Assembly: GCF_009914755.1 (NCBI RefSeq)
Contig: NC_060931.1
From: the human T2T-CHM13v2.0 reference genome, Homo sapiens
DNA length: 64,000 nt
Reading direction: 5' to 3' (one strand)
The translations under genes were made by a program, and so were the position numbers. Of the stretch, positions 39,427 to 55,600 are shown one piece after another (position 1 is the first letter of the stretch; each line of letters begins with the position of its first letter). The notes under the pieces are model-generated. The model worked only from the letters and a program-made list of their open reading frames with translations. It made no database searches and was not told the DNA's origin.

Positions 39427-40827
39427 ACTTATAGACTAAAAATTAGACAGCTTCCTTTGTTTACAAGTTAAGAAACAAAATGAATAATTTTAAGCCATTT
39501 GTAATGACCACATGATTACAAATTAAAAAAAATTTGAATTCAAGTTTATGCCTTTCTTCCTGCTTCATTATCACTTTCAATTCTTTCTGTCACCTTCTCT
39601 TTCTCATTCCATTTCTACTGTTATCTTGTTGAAGTAATTCTTTCATATCAGTAATCTGCTTTGAAAAAATATTTTGGATTTTCCTTGGCTGACTAATAGA
39701 AATCCAGGAGAAACCTGGTGAGATGTACACAACTTACTTTGATGACACGCTGCCTTTGTACATTGTAAACATCTGTAGAGTACACTATGGGTGCTTGCAT
39801 AGTTTCTGCCATAGTTTAGGCTTTTATTTTCACTCAACGGTTTTCTTATTTATATCATTCATCTAAGTTTTTGATGGAATTGCCTCAAAATTTATGAAGA
39901 AAATTTTTCTTGGATATTATTATTAGTTTCCATTTCGTCCTATTCATGAACAGTCCTACACTTTTTAGAATAATTTAAATTCTTGACAGCTTGAAAACGT
40001 ATGGCCTTACAATCATTCTTGAGCATATTTTTTCCTTGTCACATTTCCTCATATGTAGCAAAAGTAGGGCAGTACATCTAAACGTTTATAAAAATAAATG
40101 GGGAAAGCATAACTTCAAACATGCAAGATTTTATTTTTGGTGTTCAAGGCCTATAATAGATTTCTAAATTAGTATTTTTGGCTAATACATATTTTGATTG
40201 TTTCATTAATTGATGAGCAAATTATTAGTTCTGTAAAATGCTTAAACACTTTTAACCTAATCTCCTTCTTTAAATGTCATATTTTTTCCCAGAGTTTAAA
40301 AACTTATCTGTGTCTTATAGCATTTATGCCAAATTAACCGGGACTCAATTGATAATGATCAGCATATATTTGTTTCCAACCAAAGGTACCATTTGTACAT
40401 GGCATTTATTTAGCATTATCTAAAGTCTTAAGACAGCTTCACATGTAATAAAATCTAAAAAATGAAGTTTAAATGAGTCTGTAATGTCCTTTGCCCACTT
40501 TTTAATGAAATTATTTGTTTTTCCTTGTTGGATTGTTTGAGTTCCTGGCAGATTCTGGGTATTAGTCCATTGTTCGATGCCTACTTTGTAAATATTTTCT
40601 CCCATTCTGTAGGTTGTCTCTTTACTCTGTTAGTAATATCTTTTGTTGTGCAGAAGCTTTTTAGTTTAATTAAGTCCCATTTGTCTATTTTTATTTTTGT
40701 TGCATTTGCCTTTCGGGTCTTAGTCATAATTTTTTTTTTGTCAAGGCCAATGTCCAGAAGAGTTTTTCCTAGGTTTTCTTCTAGAATTTTTATAGTTTCA
40801 GATCTTAACCTGAAGTCTTTAATCCAT

Positions 40828-43142
40828 ACCATTATTCCATTTTCACACTGCTGATAAAGACATAACTGGGACTGGGCAATATACAAAAGAAAGAAGTTTA
40901 ATGGACTTATAGTTCCACATGTCTGGGGAGGCCTCACAATCATGATGGAAGGCAAGGAGGAGCAAGTCACATCTTACATAGATGGCAGCAAGCAAGAGAG
41001 AGCTGGTGCAAGGAAACTCCCATTTTTAAAACCATCAGATCTTGGGAGACCCATTCACTATCATGAGAACAGCGCTGGAAAGACCAGTCCCCATAATTTG
41101 ATCACCTCCTACCTTGTTCCTCCCATGATGCATGAGAATTGTGGGAGTTACAATTCAACATGAGGCTTGAGTAGGGACACAGCCAAACCATATCGTTCTG
41201 CCCCTGGCTCCTACCAAATCTCATGTCCTCACATTTCAAAACCAATCATGCCTTCCCAACAGTTCCCCAAAGTCTTAACTCAGTTCAGCATTAACTCAAA
41301 AGTCTACAGTCCAAAGTCTCATCTGAGACAAGGCAAGTCCCTTCTGCTTTTGAGCCTGTAAAATCAAAAGCAAGTTAGCTATTTCCTACATACAGTGGGG
41401 GTACAGGCATTGATTGGGTAAATACAGTCACTCCAAATGGGAGAAATTGGCCTAAACAAAGGGACTACAGGCCCCATGCAAGTCCAAATTCCAGCAGGGC
41501 AGTCTAATCTTAAAGGTCCAGAATGATCTCCTTTGACTCCATGTCTTGCATCCAGGTCACACTGATGCAAGAGGTGGGCTTCCATGGTCTTGGGCAGCTC
41601 CAGCCCTGTGGCTCTGCAGGGTATAGCCTCCCTACTGGCTGCTTTTATGGGCTGGTGTTGAGTGTCTGCAGCTTTTCCAGGCATATGGGGCAAACTGTTG
41701 GTGGATCTACCATACTGGGGTCTAGAGGATGGTGGCCCTCTTCTCACAGCTCCACAAGGTGGTCCCCACACAGTAGGGACTCTATGTGGGGGCCCCGGCC
41801 TCACATTTCCCTTCCACACTGCCCTAGCAGAGGTTCTCCATGAGAGCCCCACCCCTGTAGCAAACTGCCTGGACATCCAGGGATTTACATACATCCTCTG
41901 AAATCTAGACAGATTTCCAAGCCTCAGTTCTTGACTTCTGTGTACCCACATGCTCAACACCACATGGAAGTTGCCAAGGCTTGGGACTTGCACCCTCTGA
42001 AGCCATGGACTTAGCTGTACCTTGGCTCCTTTTACTCATGGCTAGAGCGGCTGGGACACAGGGTACCAAGTCCCTAGGCTGCATACAGCAAGGGGACTCT
42101 GGCCCAGCTCATGAAACCGTATTTACCTCCTAGGCCTCTGGGCCTGTGATAGGAGGGGCTTCCATGAAGATCTCTGACATGCCCTAGAGACATTTTCCCC
42201 ATTGTCTTGGGGATTAACATTCAGCTCCTCGTTACTTATGCAAATTTCTACAGCTGGCTTGAATTTCTCCTCAGAAAATGGGTTTTTCTTTTCCATCACA
42301 TTGTCAGGCTGCAAATTTTCTGAACTTATACTCTCTGCTTCCCTTAGAAAACTTAATGCCTTTAACAGCACCCAAGTCACCTCCAGAATGCTTTGCTTCT
42401 TAGAAATTTCTTCTGCCAGATACCCTAAATCATCTCTCTCAAGTTCAAAGTTCCACGAATCTCTAGGGCAGGGGCAAAATGCCGCCAGTCTCTTTGCTAA
42501 AATATAACAAGAGTCACCTTTGCTCCAGTTCCCAACAAGTTCCTCATCTCCATCTGAGACCACCTCAGCCTGGACTTTATTGTTCATATCATTATCGGCA
42601 TTTTTGTGAAAGCCATTCAACATGTCTCTAGGAAGTTCCAAACTTTCTCACATTTTTGTCTCTTCTTCTGAGCCCTCCAAACTGTTCCAGCCTCTGCCTG
42701 TTACTCAGTCCCCAAGTCAGTTCCACATTTTTGGGTATGTTTTCAGCAATGCTCTACTCTACTGGTACCAATATTGTATTGGTCTATTGCCACACTGCTG
42801 ATAGACATTCCTGAGACTGGGCAATTTACAGAAGAAAGAGGTTTAATGGACTTACAGTTCCACATGGCTGGGGAGGCCTCACAAACATGGTGGAAAGCAA
42901 GGAGGAGCAAGTCAGATTTTACATGGATGGTGGCAGGCAAGAGAGACAGAGCTTGTGCAGGGAAACTCCCATTTTTAAAACCATTAGATCTCATGAGACT
43001 CCTTCACTCTGCCAAGAACAACTCAGGTAAAACCTACTGCCATAATTCAATCACCTCCCACTGGGTTCCTTCCATGACATGTGGAAACTGGGAGTTACAA
43101 TTCAAAATGAGATTTGGATGGGGACACAGCTAAACCATATCA
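40828..43142 (-). mobile_element. Complete THE1A MaLR element: LTR 40828-41195, internal 41196-42774, LTR 42775-43142
   Basis: Two LTRs with THE1A-type GGAAACTCCCATTTTTAAAACC. Internal ORF remnant MELPRD..NGF..QAEVVSDGDEELVGNWSKGDSCY.LAKRLAAFCPCPRD (42123-42641). TSD TCCAT / TCTAT. Confidence 0.93.
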
Positions 43143-43482
43143 TCTATCTTGAGTTAATTTTTGTATATGGTGAGAAATATGGGCCCAGCTTTATTCTTCT
43201 GTTTATGGCTATCCAAGCTTATGGATAGTGTGGTTCAGTATTGCTTTGGACAATATCATCATTTTAATGATATTGATTCTTCTAATCAATATGTGTAGGT
43301 TGTTTTTCTATTTGTTTGTGTCATCTACGATTTCTTAGTGTTTTGTAGTTTTCCTTTAAGAGAATTTTCACGTCCTTGATTAATGTATTCCTAGGATTTG
43401 CGGGTATTTGTAGCTATTTTAAATAGGATTAAGGTCTTGACTTGGTTCTCAGCCTGTTATTGGTTTATAAAAATGCTAATAA

Positions 43483-43647
43483 TTTTTTTTTTTGAGATGG
43501 TGTCTTGCTCTGTCACCCAGGCTGGAGTGCAGTCATGCAATCTTGGCTCACTGCAAGCCCTGCCTCCCAGGTTCACGCCATTCTCCTGTCTCAGCCTCCT
43601 GAGTAGCTGGGACTACAAGCGCCCACCACCACACCCAGCTAATTTTT
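43483..43647 (-). mobile_element. 5'-truncated AluY (right arm only)
   Basis: AluY diagnostics CACTGCAAGC and GGTTCACGCCATTCTCCTG. Ends in the A-rich linker; TAATTTTT on both sides. Confidence 0.85.
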
Positions 43648-46600
43648 ATGTTGATTTTTTTTTAATCCTGAAACTTTGCTGAATTCACTTACTAAATTTG
43701 GAGTCATTTAAAGGAGTCTTTAGGGTTTTCTAGGTATAAGATTATATCATGAACAACCAGAGATAATTTGACTTCATGTTTTCCAGCTTTTATGCCTCTT
43801 AGTTTTTTCTCTTGCCTGATTTCTCTAAGGTCAAGAGTTTGAGTACTATGTTGAATAGGACTGAAAGTGGCAACCTTTTCTTGTTCCAGCTAACAGGGGG
43901 AATTTTAACTTTTTCCTGCTCAGTATGATGTTGGCTGTGAGTTTGTCATATATGGCTTTTATTATTTTTTATTTGTTGTCTAGTTTTGTGAGGGTTTTTA
44001 TCATGAAGAAATGATGACATTTATCAAATGCTCTGTGTCTATTGACATCATCATATGGTTTTTTTTGGCTTAAATTCTGTTTATTTGGTGAATTGAATCT
44101 ATTGATTTATGTATATTAAACCATCTTTGTGTCCCTGGAATAGAACCCACTTGATTTAGTATGTTATACTTTTGATGTGCTTTTGGATTCAGTTTGTTTG
44201 TACTTTGAGGACTTTTGTATCTATGGTCATCAGGCATATTGGGTTATAATTCTTTCTTTGCCTGGCTTTGGCATCGAGGTGATAATGGATTTGTAGAATG
44301 AGTTAGGGAGGATTCCCTCCTTTCCAAGCTTTTGGAATAATTTCTGTAAGATTGGTACTAGTTCTTCTTTGTACTTCTGATAAAATTCAGCTTTGAATCC
44401 TTCTTGTCCTGTGCTATTTTTGAAGAGGCAGGAAGTATTCTTTTATTACTGATTCGATCTCATCACTCATTATTGGTCTGTTCAGAATTTCTATTTCTTT
44501 CTAGTTCAATTTTGGGAGGTTTTAGGTTTCCAGAAATTTATCTATTTCCTCTAATTTTTCTAGTTTGTGACTAGAGAAGTTCACAGAAATACAAGAGATA
44601 AACAGAAACATTTTGTTTTATTAATCCTTTGTATTTTTTCAATTTTATTTAGTTCTATTTTTATATTTGCTATTTATTTTCTTCTGTTAGCTTTGGCTTT
44701 GTTTTTGCTTGCTTTTTTTTTTTAGTTCCTTGAGGTACAACTTTAGGTTTTTAATTTGTGATCTTTCTGTCTTTTTGATGTAGACATTTAATACTCTGAA
44801 CTTCCTTCTTAGCACTGCTTTTGCTATGTCCCAGAGATATTGGTATGTTGCGTCTCTATTTTTTGTTTTAACAATTTTAAATTTCCATTTCAATTTCACC
44901 ATGACCCAACAATCATTCAGGAGCAGGTTTTTTACTTTCCATGTATTTGTATAGTTTTGAGAGTTTCTCTTATAATTTATTTCTAGTTTTATTCCACTGT
45001 GGTCTAGGAAGATACCTGATATGATTTTGCTTCTTAATAAATTTATTGAGACATGTGTTGTGGCCTAATCTTGGAAATATTTCATGCATTCATAAGAAAA
45101 ATGATATTCTGATGATATTCTGCAGTTGTTGGGTACACTGTTCTGTAAATTTCTGCTGGATAAATTTGGTCTAGAGTCTAATTCAAGTTTAATGTTTCTT
45201 TGTTGATTTTCTGCCTTGATCATCTGTTTAGTGCTGATAATGATCTTTGCCATTATATAATGACTTTGTCTTTTTTGTTATTGTTGATTTAAAGTTTGTT
45301 TTATCTTATATAAACAAAGCTATTTCTGCTTGGTATTAGTTTCCATTTGTGTGGAATATCTTTTTCCATAATTTACCTTCAGTCTGCAAGTACCTACCAA
45401 TTAGATAAGTTTCTTGTTAGCAGCCACATAATAGAACATTTTTTAAAAAAATCAACTTCACTAGTCTATATCTTTTAAGTAGAGCATTTAATTCATTTAT
45501 GTTTAAAGTTAATATTGATATGTGAGGGTTTTTTTCCTGTCCTAATGTTAATTGTTATCTAGTTGCTTTGCAGTCTTATTTGTGTAATTGTTTTATAAGC
45601 TCTGTGAGTCTTATACATTTGTGTGTTTTTAAGATGGTAGGTATCAACTTTTTGTTTTCATGTTTAGAAGTCTCTCGAATATTTCTTATAGGACTAGTCT
45701 AGTGGTGATGAATTCCCTTAGCATGGGCTTATCTGGGAAACATTTTATTACTCCTTTAGTTATGAGGCTTATTTTAGCACAATACAATGCTTATAGTTAA
45801 TAGTTTTTTTCTTTAAGAAATCTGAAAATAGGATCCCAATCTCTTCTGGCTTGTAAGATTTCTGCTTAGAAGTCCGGTATCAGCCTAATAGGATTTCCTA
45901 TATAAGTAATTGGATACTTTTCTCATGCTGATTTTAGGGTTTTTCATTAATGCTGACTTTAGATAACCTGATGTCTATATGTTTTGGTGAAGTCTGTCTT
46001 GAAATGTATTTTTCTGGAATTCTCCGAGCCCCTTGTATCTGGATGTCTACATCTCTAGCAAGAATAGGAAAGTTTTCCTTAATTATTTTTTCAAATAGGT
46101 TTTTCAAACTTTTTATTTTCCTTCAGGTATTCCTGACTCATAGGTTTGGATGTTTTACATAAACCCATGTCTCTTTAAGGCATTTTTTTTTAAATTCTTT
46201 TTTCTTATTTCTGTTTTTCTGACTGGATTAATTTAAAAGACCTCTCTTCAAGCTCTGAAATTCTTTATTCTGCTTGGCATTATCTATTGTTAAAGATTTC
46301 AATTGTATATTATCATTCTTTTAATTAAGTTTTTATGTCTAGAAGTTATGTATCTGATATAAGCATAGCTGTTTCTGCTTGGTATAATACATGTCTCTTT
46401 GGTAATTTTTTCATTCATATCCCGCATTGCATTTCTGACTTTGTCTTGGATCTCACTGAACTTCTTTGAAATCAATATTTTGCACTCTTTGTCTGGTATG
46501 TCTAAGATTTCATTTGGGTGAGGATCAGTAGCTAGAGATTAGTGTGATTTTTTGGGGGTGTCATAATACCATTTTTTTTGTGTTTTTTTTTAATTATTAT

Positions 46601-46800
46601 ACTTTAAGTTTTAGGGTACATGTGCACAATGTGCAGGTTAGTTACATATGTATACATGTGCCATGCTGGTGCGCTGCACCCACTAACTCATCATCTAGCA
46701 TTAGGTATATCTTTCAATGCTATCCCTCCCCCCTCCCCCCACCCCACAACAGGCCCCAGAGTGTGATGTTCCCCTTCCTGTGTCCATGTGTTCTCATTGT

Positions 46801-50615
<3,815 letters not shown>

Positions 50616-50678
50616 TATGATGTTAGCTGGTTATTTTGCTCGTTAGTTGATGCAGTTTCTTCCTAGTCTCGATGGTCT

Positions 50679-51696
50679 TTACATTTTGGCATGATTTTGC
50701 AGTGGCTGATACTGGTTGTTCCTTTCCATGTTTAGCGCTTCCTTCAGGAGCTCTTTTATGGCAGGCCTGGTGGTGACAAAATCTCTCAGCATTTGCTTTT
50801 CTGTAAAGTATTTTATTTCTCCTTCACTTATGAAGCTTAGTTTGGCTGGATAAGAAATTCTGGGTTGAAAATTCTTTTCTTTAAGAAAGTTGAATATTGG
50901 CCCCCACTGTCTTCTGGCTTGTAGAGTTTCTGCCGAGAGATCTGCTGTTAGTCTGATGGGCTTCCCTTTGAGGGTAACCCGACCTTTCTCTCTGGCTGCC
51001 CTTAACATTTTTTCCTTCATTTCAACTTTGGTGAATCTGACAATTATGTGTCTTGGAGTTGCTCTTCTCGAGGAGTATCTTTGTTGTGTTCTCTGTATTT
51101 CCTGAATCTGAAGGTTGGCCTGCCTTGCTAGATTGGTGAAGTTCTCCTGGATAATATCCTGCAGAGTGTTTTCCAACTTGGTTCCATTCTCCCCGTCACT
51201 TTCAGGTACACCAATCAGACGTAGATTTGGTCTTTTCACATAGTCCCATATTTCTTGGAGGCTTTGCTCATTTCTTTTTATTCTTTTTTCTCTAAACTTC
51301 CCTTCTCACTTCATTTCATTCATTTTGTCTTCCATCGCTGATACCCTTTCTTCCAGTTGATCGCATCACCTCCTGAGGCTTCTGCATTCTTCACATAGTT
51401 CTCGAGCCTTGGTTTTCAGCTCCATCAGCTCTGTTAAGCACTTCTCTGTATTGGTTATTCTAGTTATACATTCTTCTAAATTTTTTTCAAAGTTTTCAAC
51501 TTCTTTGCCTTTGGTTTGAATGTCCTCCCGTAGCTCAGAGTAATTGGATCGTCTGAAGCCTTCTTCTCTCAGCTCGTCAAAGTCATTCTCCATCCAGCTT
51601 TGTTCCGTTGCTGGTGAGGAACTGCTTTCCTTTGGAGGAGGAGAGGCACTCTGCTTTTTAGAGTTTCCAGTTTTTCTGTTCTGTTTTTTTCCCCAT
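50679..51696 (-). pseudogene. L1 ORF1p, disrupted
   Basis: ATG at 51696 followed by A7 (consensus A6, so a frameshift). CGA>TGA stop at ~51366. C-terminal part KRPNLRLIGVPE...QNHAKM is intact. Confidence 0.93.
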
Positions 51697-52603
51697 CTTT
51701 GTGGTTTTATCTACTTTTGGTCTTTGATGATGGTGATGTACAGATGAGTTTTTGGTGTAGATGTCCTTTCTGTTTGTTAGTTTTCCTTCTAACAGACAGG
51801 ACCCTCAGCTGCAGGTCTGTTGGAGTACCCTGCCATGTGAGGTGTCAGTGTGCCCTGCTGGGGGCTGCCTCCCAGTTAGGCTGCTTGGGGGTCAGGGGTC
51901 AGGGACCCACTTGAGGAGGCAGTCTGCCCGTTCTCAGATCTCCAGCTGTGTGCTGGGAGAACCACTGCTCTCTTCAAAGGTGTCAGACAGGGACATTTAA
52001 GTCTGCAGAGGTTACTGCTGTCTTTTTGTTTGTCTGTGCCCTGCCCCCAGAGGTGGAGCCTACAGAGGCAGGCAGGCCTCCTTGAGCTGTGGTGGGCTCC
52101 ACCCAGTTCTAGCTTCCCGGCTGCTTTGTTTACCTAAGCAAGCCTGGGCAATGGCGGGCGCCCCTCCCCTAGCCTGGCTGCTACCTTGTAGTTTGATCTC
52201 AGACTGCTGTGCTAGCAATCAGCGAGACTCCGTGGGTGTAGGACCCTCCGAGCCAGGTGCAGGATATAATCTCCAGGTGCGCCGTTTTTTTTAAACCTGT
52301 CGGAAAAGCGCAGTATTCGGGTGGGAGTGACCCGATTTTCCAGGTGCCGTCTGTCACTCCTTTCTTTGACTGGGAAAGAGAACTCCCTGACCCCTTGCCC
52401 TTCCCAAGTGAGGCAATGCCTCGCCCTGCTTCGGCTCGCGCATGGTGCGCGCACCCACTGACCTGAGCCCACTGTCTGGCACTGCCTAGTGAGATGAACC
52501 TGGTACCTCAGATGGAAATGCAGAAATCACCCGTCTTCTGCATCGCTCATGCTGGGAGCTGTAGACCGGATCTTTTCCTATTCGACCATCTTGGCTCCTC
52601 CCC
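51697..52603 (-). promoter_or_regulatory. L1 5' UTR internal sense promoter and antisense promoter
   Basis: Intact L1PA 5' UTR and the most CpG-rich stretch of the window. YY1 site variant CAAGATGGTC at 52584-52593. Confidence 0.75.
52151..52294 (+). CDS. ORF0: L1 antisense ORF0, truncated to 47 aa
   Basis: MAGAPPLAWLLPCSLISDCCASNQRDSVGVGPSEPGAGYNLQVRRFF* matches the primate L1 ORF0 N-terminus. An expanded T-run causes the early stop. Expression is unknown. Confidence 0.7.
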   Translation: MAGAPPLAWLLPCSLISDCCASNQRDSVGVGPSEPGAGYNLQVRRFF

Positions 52604-54129
52604 TCTTTGTTTTTGTTTTTTGTTTTCTATTATTCCAGAATTGTTTTGCCAACTCCTTCTCATTTGGAAAAACTATCTCTTCTTGTTATTTTTAAATTGA
52701 CTTTCATTTGGATAGGATTTTTTCCCTTCGGGGTGTAATTATGGTGTATGTTATGTAGAGTCATTTGGCTTTGGCTCTGGGTGTGTTCAGTGGTGAAGAC
52801 ACCATGTAAGTTTCTGTGTTATAGACAGGTTTACTGTTGTGTTTGTCTCAAATGCTGATTATAGTAGTGATATACTAGATGAGTGAGCAGGCTCACTTCC
52901 TTCTGCAGTGCCAGGATAGCAGAGGTCTCAAGAGGTTATTTCATTCTCCAGCACAGTGCACTTGTGTTAGCAAAGTTTGTATTGGATTGTGCTGTTGACC
53001 TCCAAGTCTGTAGGTGGTACTTGCAGGTAAAAGGCAGCTGCAAGAATAACAGATGGGTATATGCTTGATTTTTGTTTGCTGGGAGAATGTATCTTTTGCT
53101 TTAAGCAGTGGGCTGGTCCATAGAATGCACAGTGGCCTGAGCTTCCTGCTCAGCCCTGAACGTGAGGGACAAAGCTGGGCAGGGTTGGACCACCAAGTCA
53201 CCCTCAGATACCCCAGTGGAGAATACAATCAATGGCCCTGAGGGGTGATGGTGGAACTCCACAGGTGGTGGAGGGGACTGCCCAGCTCCATGGCCTGGGC
53301 AGGAAAGAAATGATCTGTTTCCTTCTCATGTCCCCCGTCTGGCACTTGGAATTCTCAGATCGATCAGACACTGTTTATCTCCAGGCTACAGTGTAACCAA
53401 GAGCCAAAAGAACTCCTACCCTGTGGCTCACTGCTGAAATGGCTTCAGCCTGGTACCTATATATTTGAAAACATATATATGCAACTATTTTGTTATGCTA
53501 TCTGTGTGTCAACTTAGGAGACCTTTGGCTTAATAAATCTCTTGTAGTCATTTCACAGCTTCCCCTACTCAGAGAGAATTTGGTATATAGGATGGGCATT
53601 GTAGGTTCATAAAGGACTATAGAAGCCAATTCACCTCATTGGTCAAAATAATAGGCCACTGGGCATTTGTTTTAATGCCCATTCAGGAAAACAAATACTA
53701 CACTATAAAAGCAAAAAAAAAATTAAGATCACTGGCCTAGAGAAAATATGGCTGTAAGGGAAGATGGTGGCCAGAATTCCTAGACATTGTGAAAAATTAT
53801 TTTCACAATCTCCAGAGGATTGTTTTTCTCTACGGAAAATAATCTTATTCATTCTTTGACATAGACCAGCCCAATTCTGGTATTTAGAATACAAAAGAGT
53901 TTGTAGCACTTTATTTTCTCGTTCAGTACTTATTTAGGAACTAAACATGTGTTTTCTTTATTTAGCGATCATGGCAACAGCCATTTCTGAACTCTAGATA
54001 ACTACTTTTTCTTAGGTTATCACTCAGTGTTTGGGACTGATACCACTTAGTACAGCTTGGAGGGAGAAGGAGGAATTTGAAAGTGTCAGTTGATTTTTGC
54101 CAAATGTACTAACAATATAGAATAAGGGT

Positions 54130-54340
54130 CTTTTAATTCATTCACTAACCCCTTGTTGTGTACCTGCTAGTGTCAAGCATTGTGTTAGATTGTGGAGATA
54201 TGAAGTTCAAAGAAGCAAGGCATCTGCCCCAAGAAACACAAGAGCAGTGGGACTATAGATGTGGAAACAAGCTATCACAATCCCACAAAAGCTTTTAATA
54301 GAGGTATATACAAAATTTGGTGAGAAAATAAAAGAAGCCT
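54130..54340 (-). mobile_element. L2 3' fragment
   Basis: ATTCATTCA...TACCTGCTA.TGTCAAGCATTGTGTTAG...GAGATATG. Confidence 0.6.
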
Positions 54341-54582
54341 TACAACTTATTTCATCTGACCATAATATTGACTAACTTAAAAATTAAAGATGAAACAATT
54401 ATCAGCCATTTCAGGTCTCTTTCCAGGATTTGTAGCTGGCAGGAAGTGATTTTTTTGCTCAACTATAGATTTCCTTTAATTGAAAGTTGACTTTACTCAC
54501 CTGCCAAAGACTAAAATTTAAAAACACTCCCAGATTACCTTGTCATGGTTTTGGGCTAAAGTTGTCTTCATTATCACATAGC

Positions 54583-55600
54583 AGGAGAAAATATTAACAA
54601 GTCATACCTCTGATAAAAACACTCGTATCCAGAATATAGTAAGGATTTTTAAAGGTAGTAAGAAAACAACCCCATAAAAATGGGCAAAATGTTGGAATAG
54701 ACATTTTATCAAAGAGGATATATGGATGGCAAATAAACAGATGGAAAAAATGCCCAGCATCAATAGGGAAATAGTAATTGAAACCACAATGAGATACCAG
54801 TATACACTTATTGGAATAATAAAAGTGAAAAAGACTGACCATACCAAGTATTAGTGATGATATAAAGAAACTGAATCTCTCATACATTTCTTGGAGGGAT
54901 GTAAAATGCTGCAATTACTTTGGAAAATAGCTTGGCATTTTCTTAAAGTTAGAGGTACATTTAACATATAATCCAGCTATTTCATGTTTAGGCAATTACT
55001 CAAAGAAAATGAAAGCACAAGTCTATACAAAGACTTATACATGAATGCTCATAGCACCTTCATTTAGGAGCTCCAGAGTGGAAGCAACCCACCATCCTTT
55101 AACAGGTGAATGGATAAATAGGCCATGGTACATCTATAAAATGGAACCCTGTACCACAATAAAAAAAATAACTATTGATATGTGCTCCTATTTCTATTCA
55201 ATAGGTATGAATCTCAATTATGGAAAGTGAAAGAAATCAGACAAAAAAAGTACATACTATATTTCATTTATATAAAATTCTGGAAAATGCAAACTAATGT
55301 TTACTGTCGGAAAACTGATATCTGTGCAATGCATTGTCTATATGCCATCTAAGAGATACATTTGTGGAAGATTTGCTACTTAGGCTCCTGGAGACCAAGT
55401 GGGGGCTGTAGGGTGGATAGGAAGAAAGGAATTATAAAGTGATACAATGAAACTTTTGGAGAAGTAGAATATGTTCATTATCTGTATTGTGATTATTTTA
55501 CCAATGTACACGTATGTCAAAACTTATCAAATTGTGCCCTTTAAACATATACATTGTATTTGATGTCAATTATAACTCACTAAGTCTATTTTTTAAAAAA
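54583..55600 (+). mobile_element. L1MC/L1MD-type ORF2 end and 3' UTR
   Basis: TCTGATAAA..ACTCGTATCCAGAATATA, AAACCACAATGAGATACCA, CAGGTGAATGGATAAA, ATGTCAAAACTTATCAAATTGT..A-rich end. Confidence 0.85.

Noticed and set aside
46560-46600. Target-site duplication of the full-length L1PA
   Set aside because: Both flanks are T-rich (TTTG)n-like sequence, so no unambiguous TSD could be defined.
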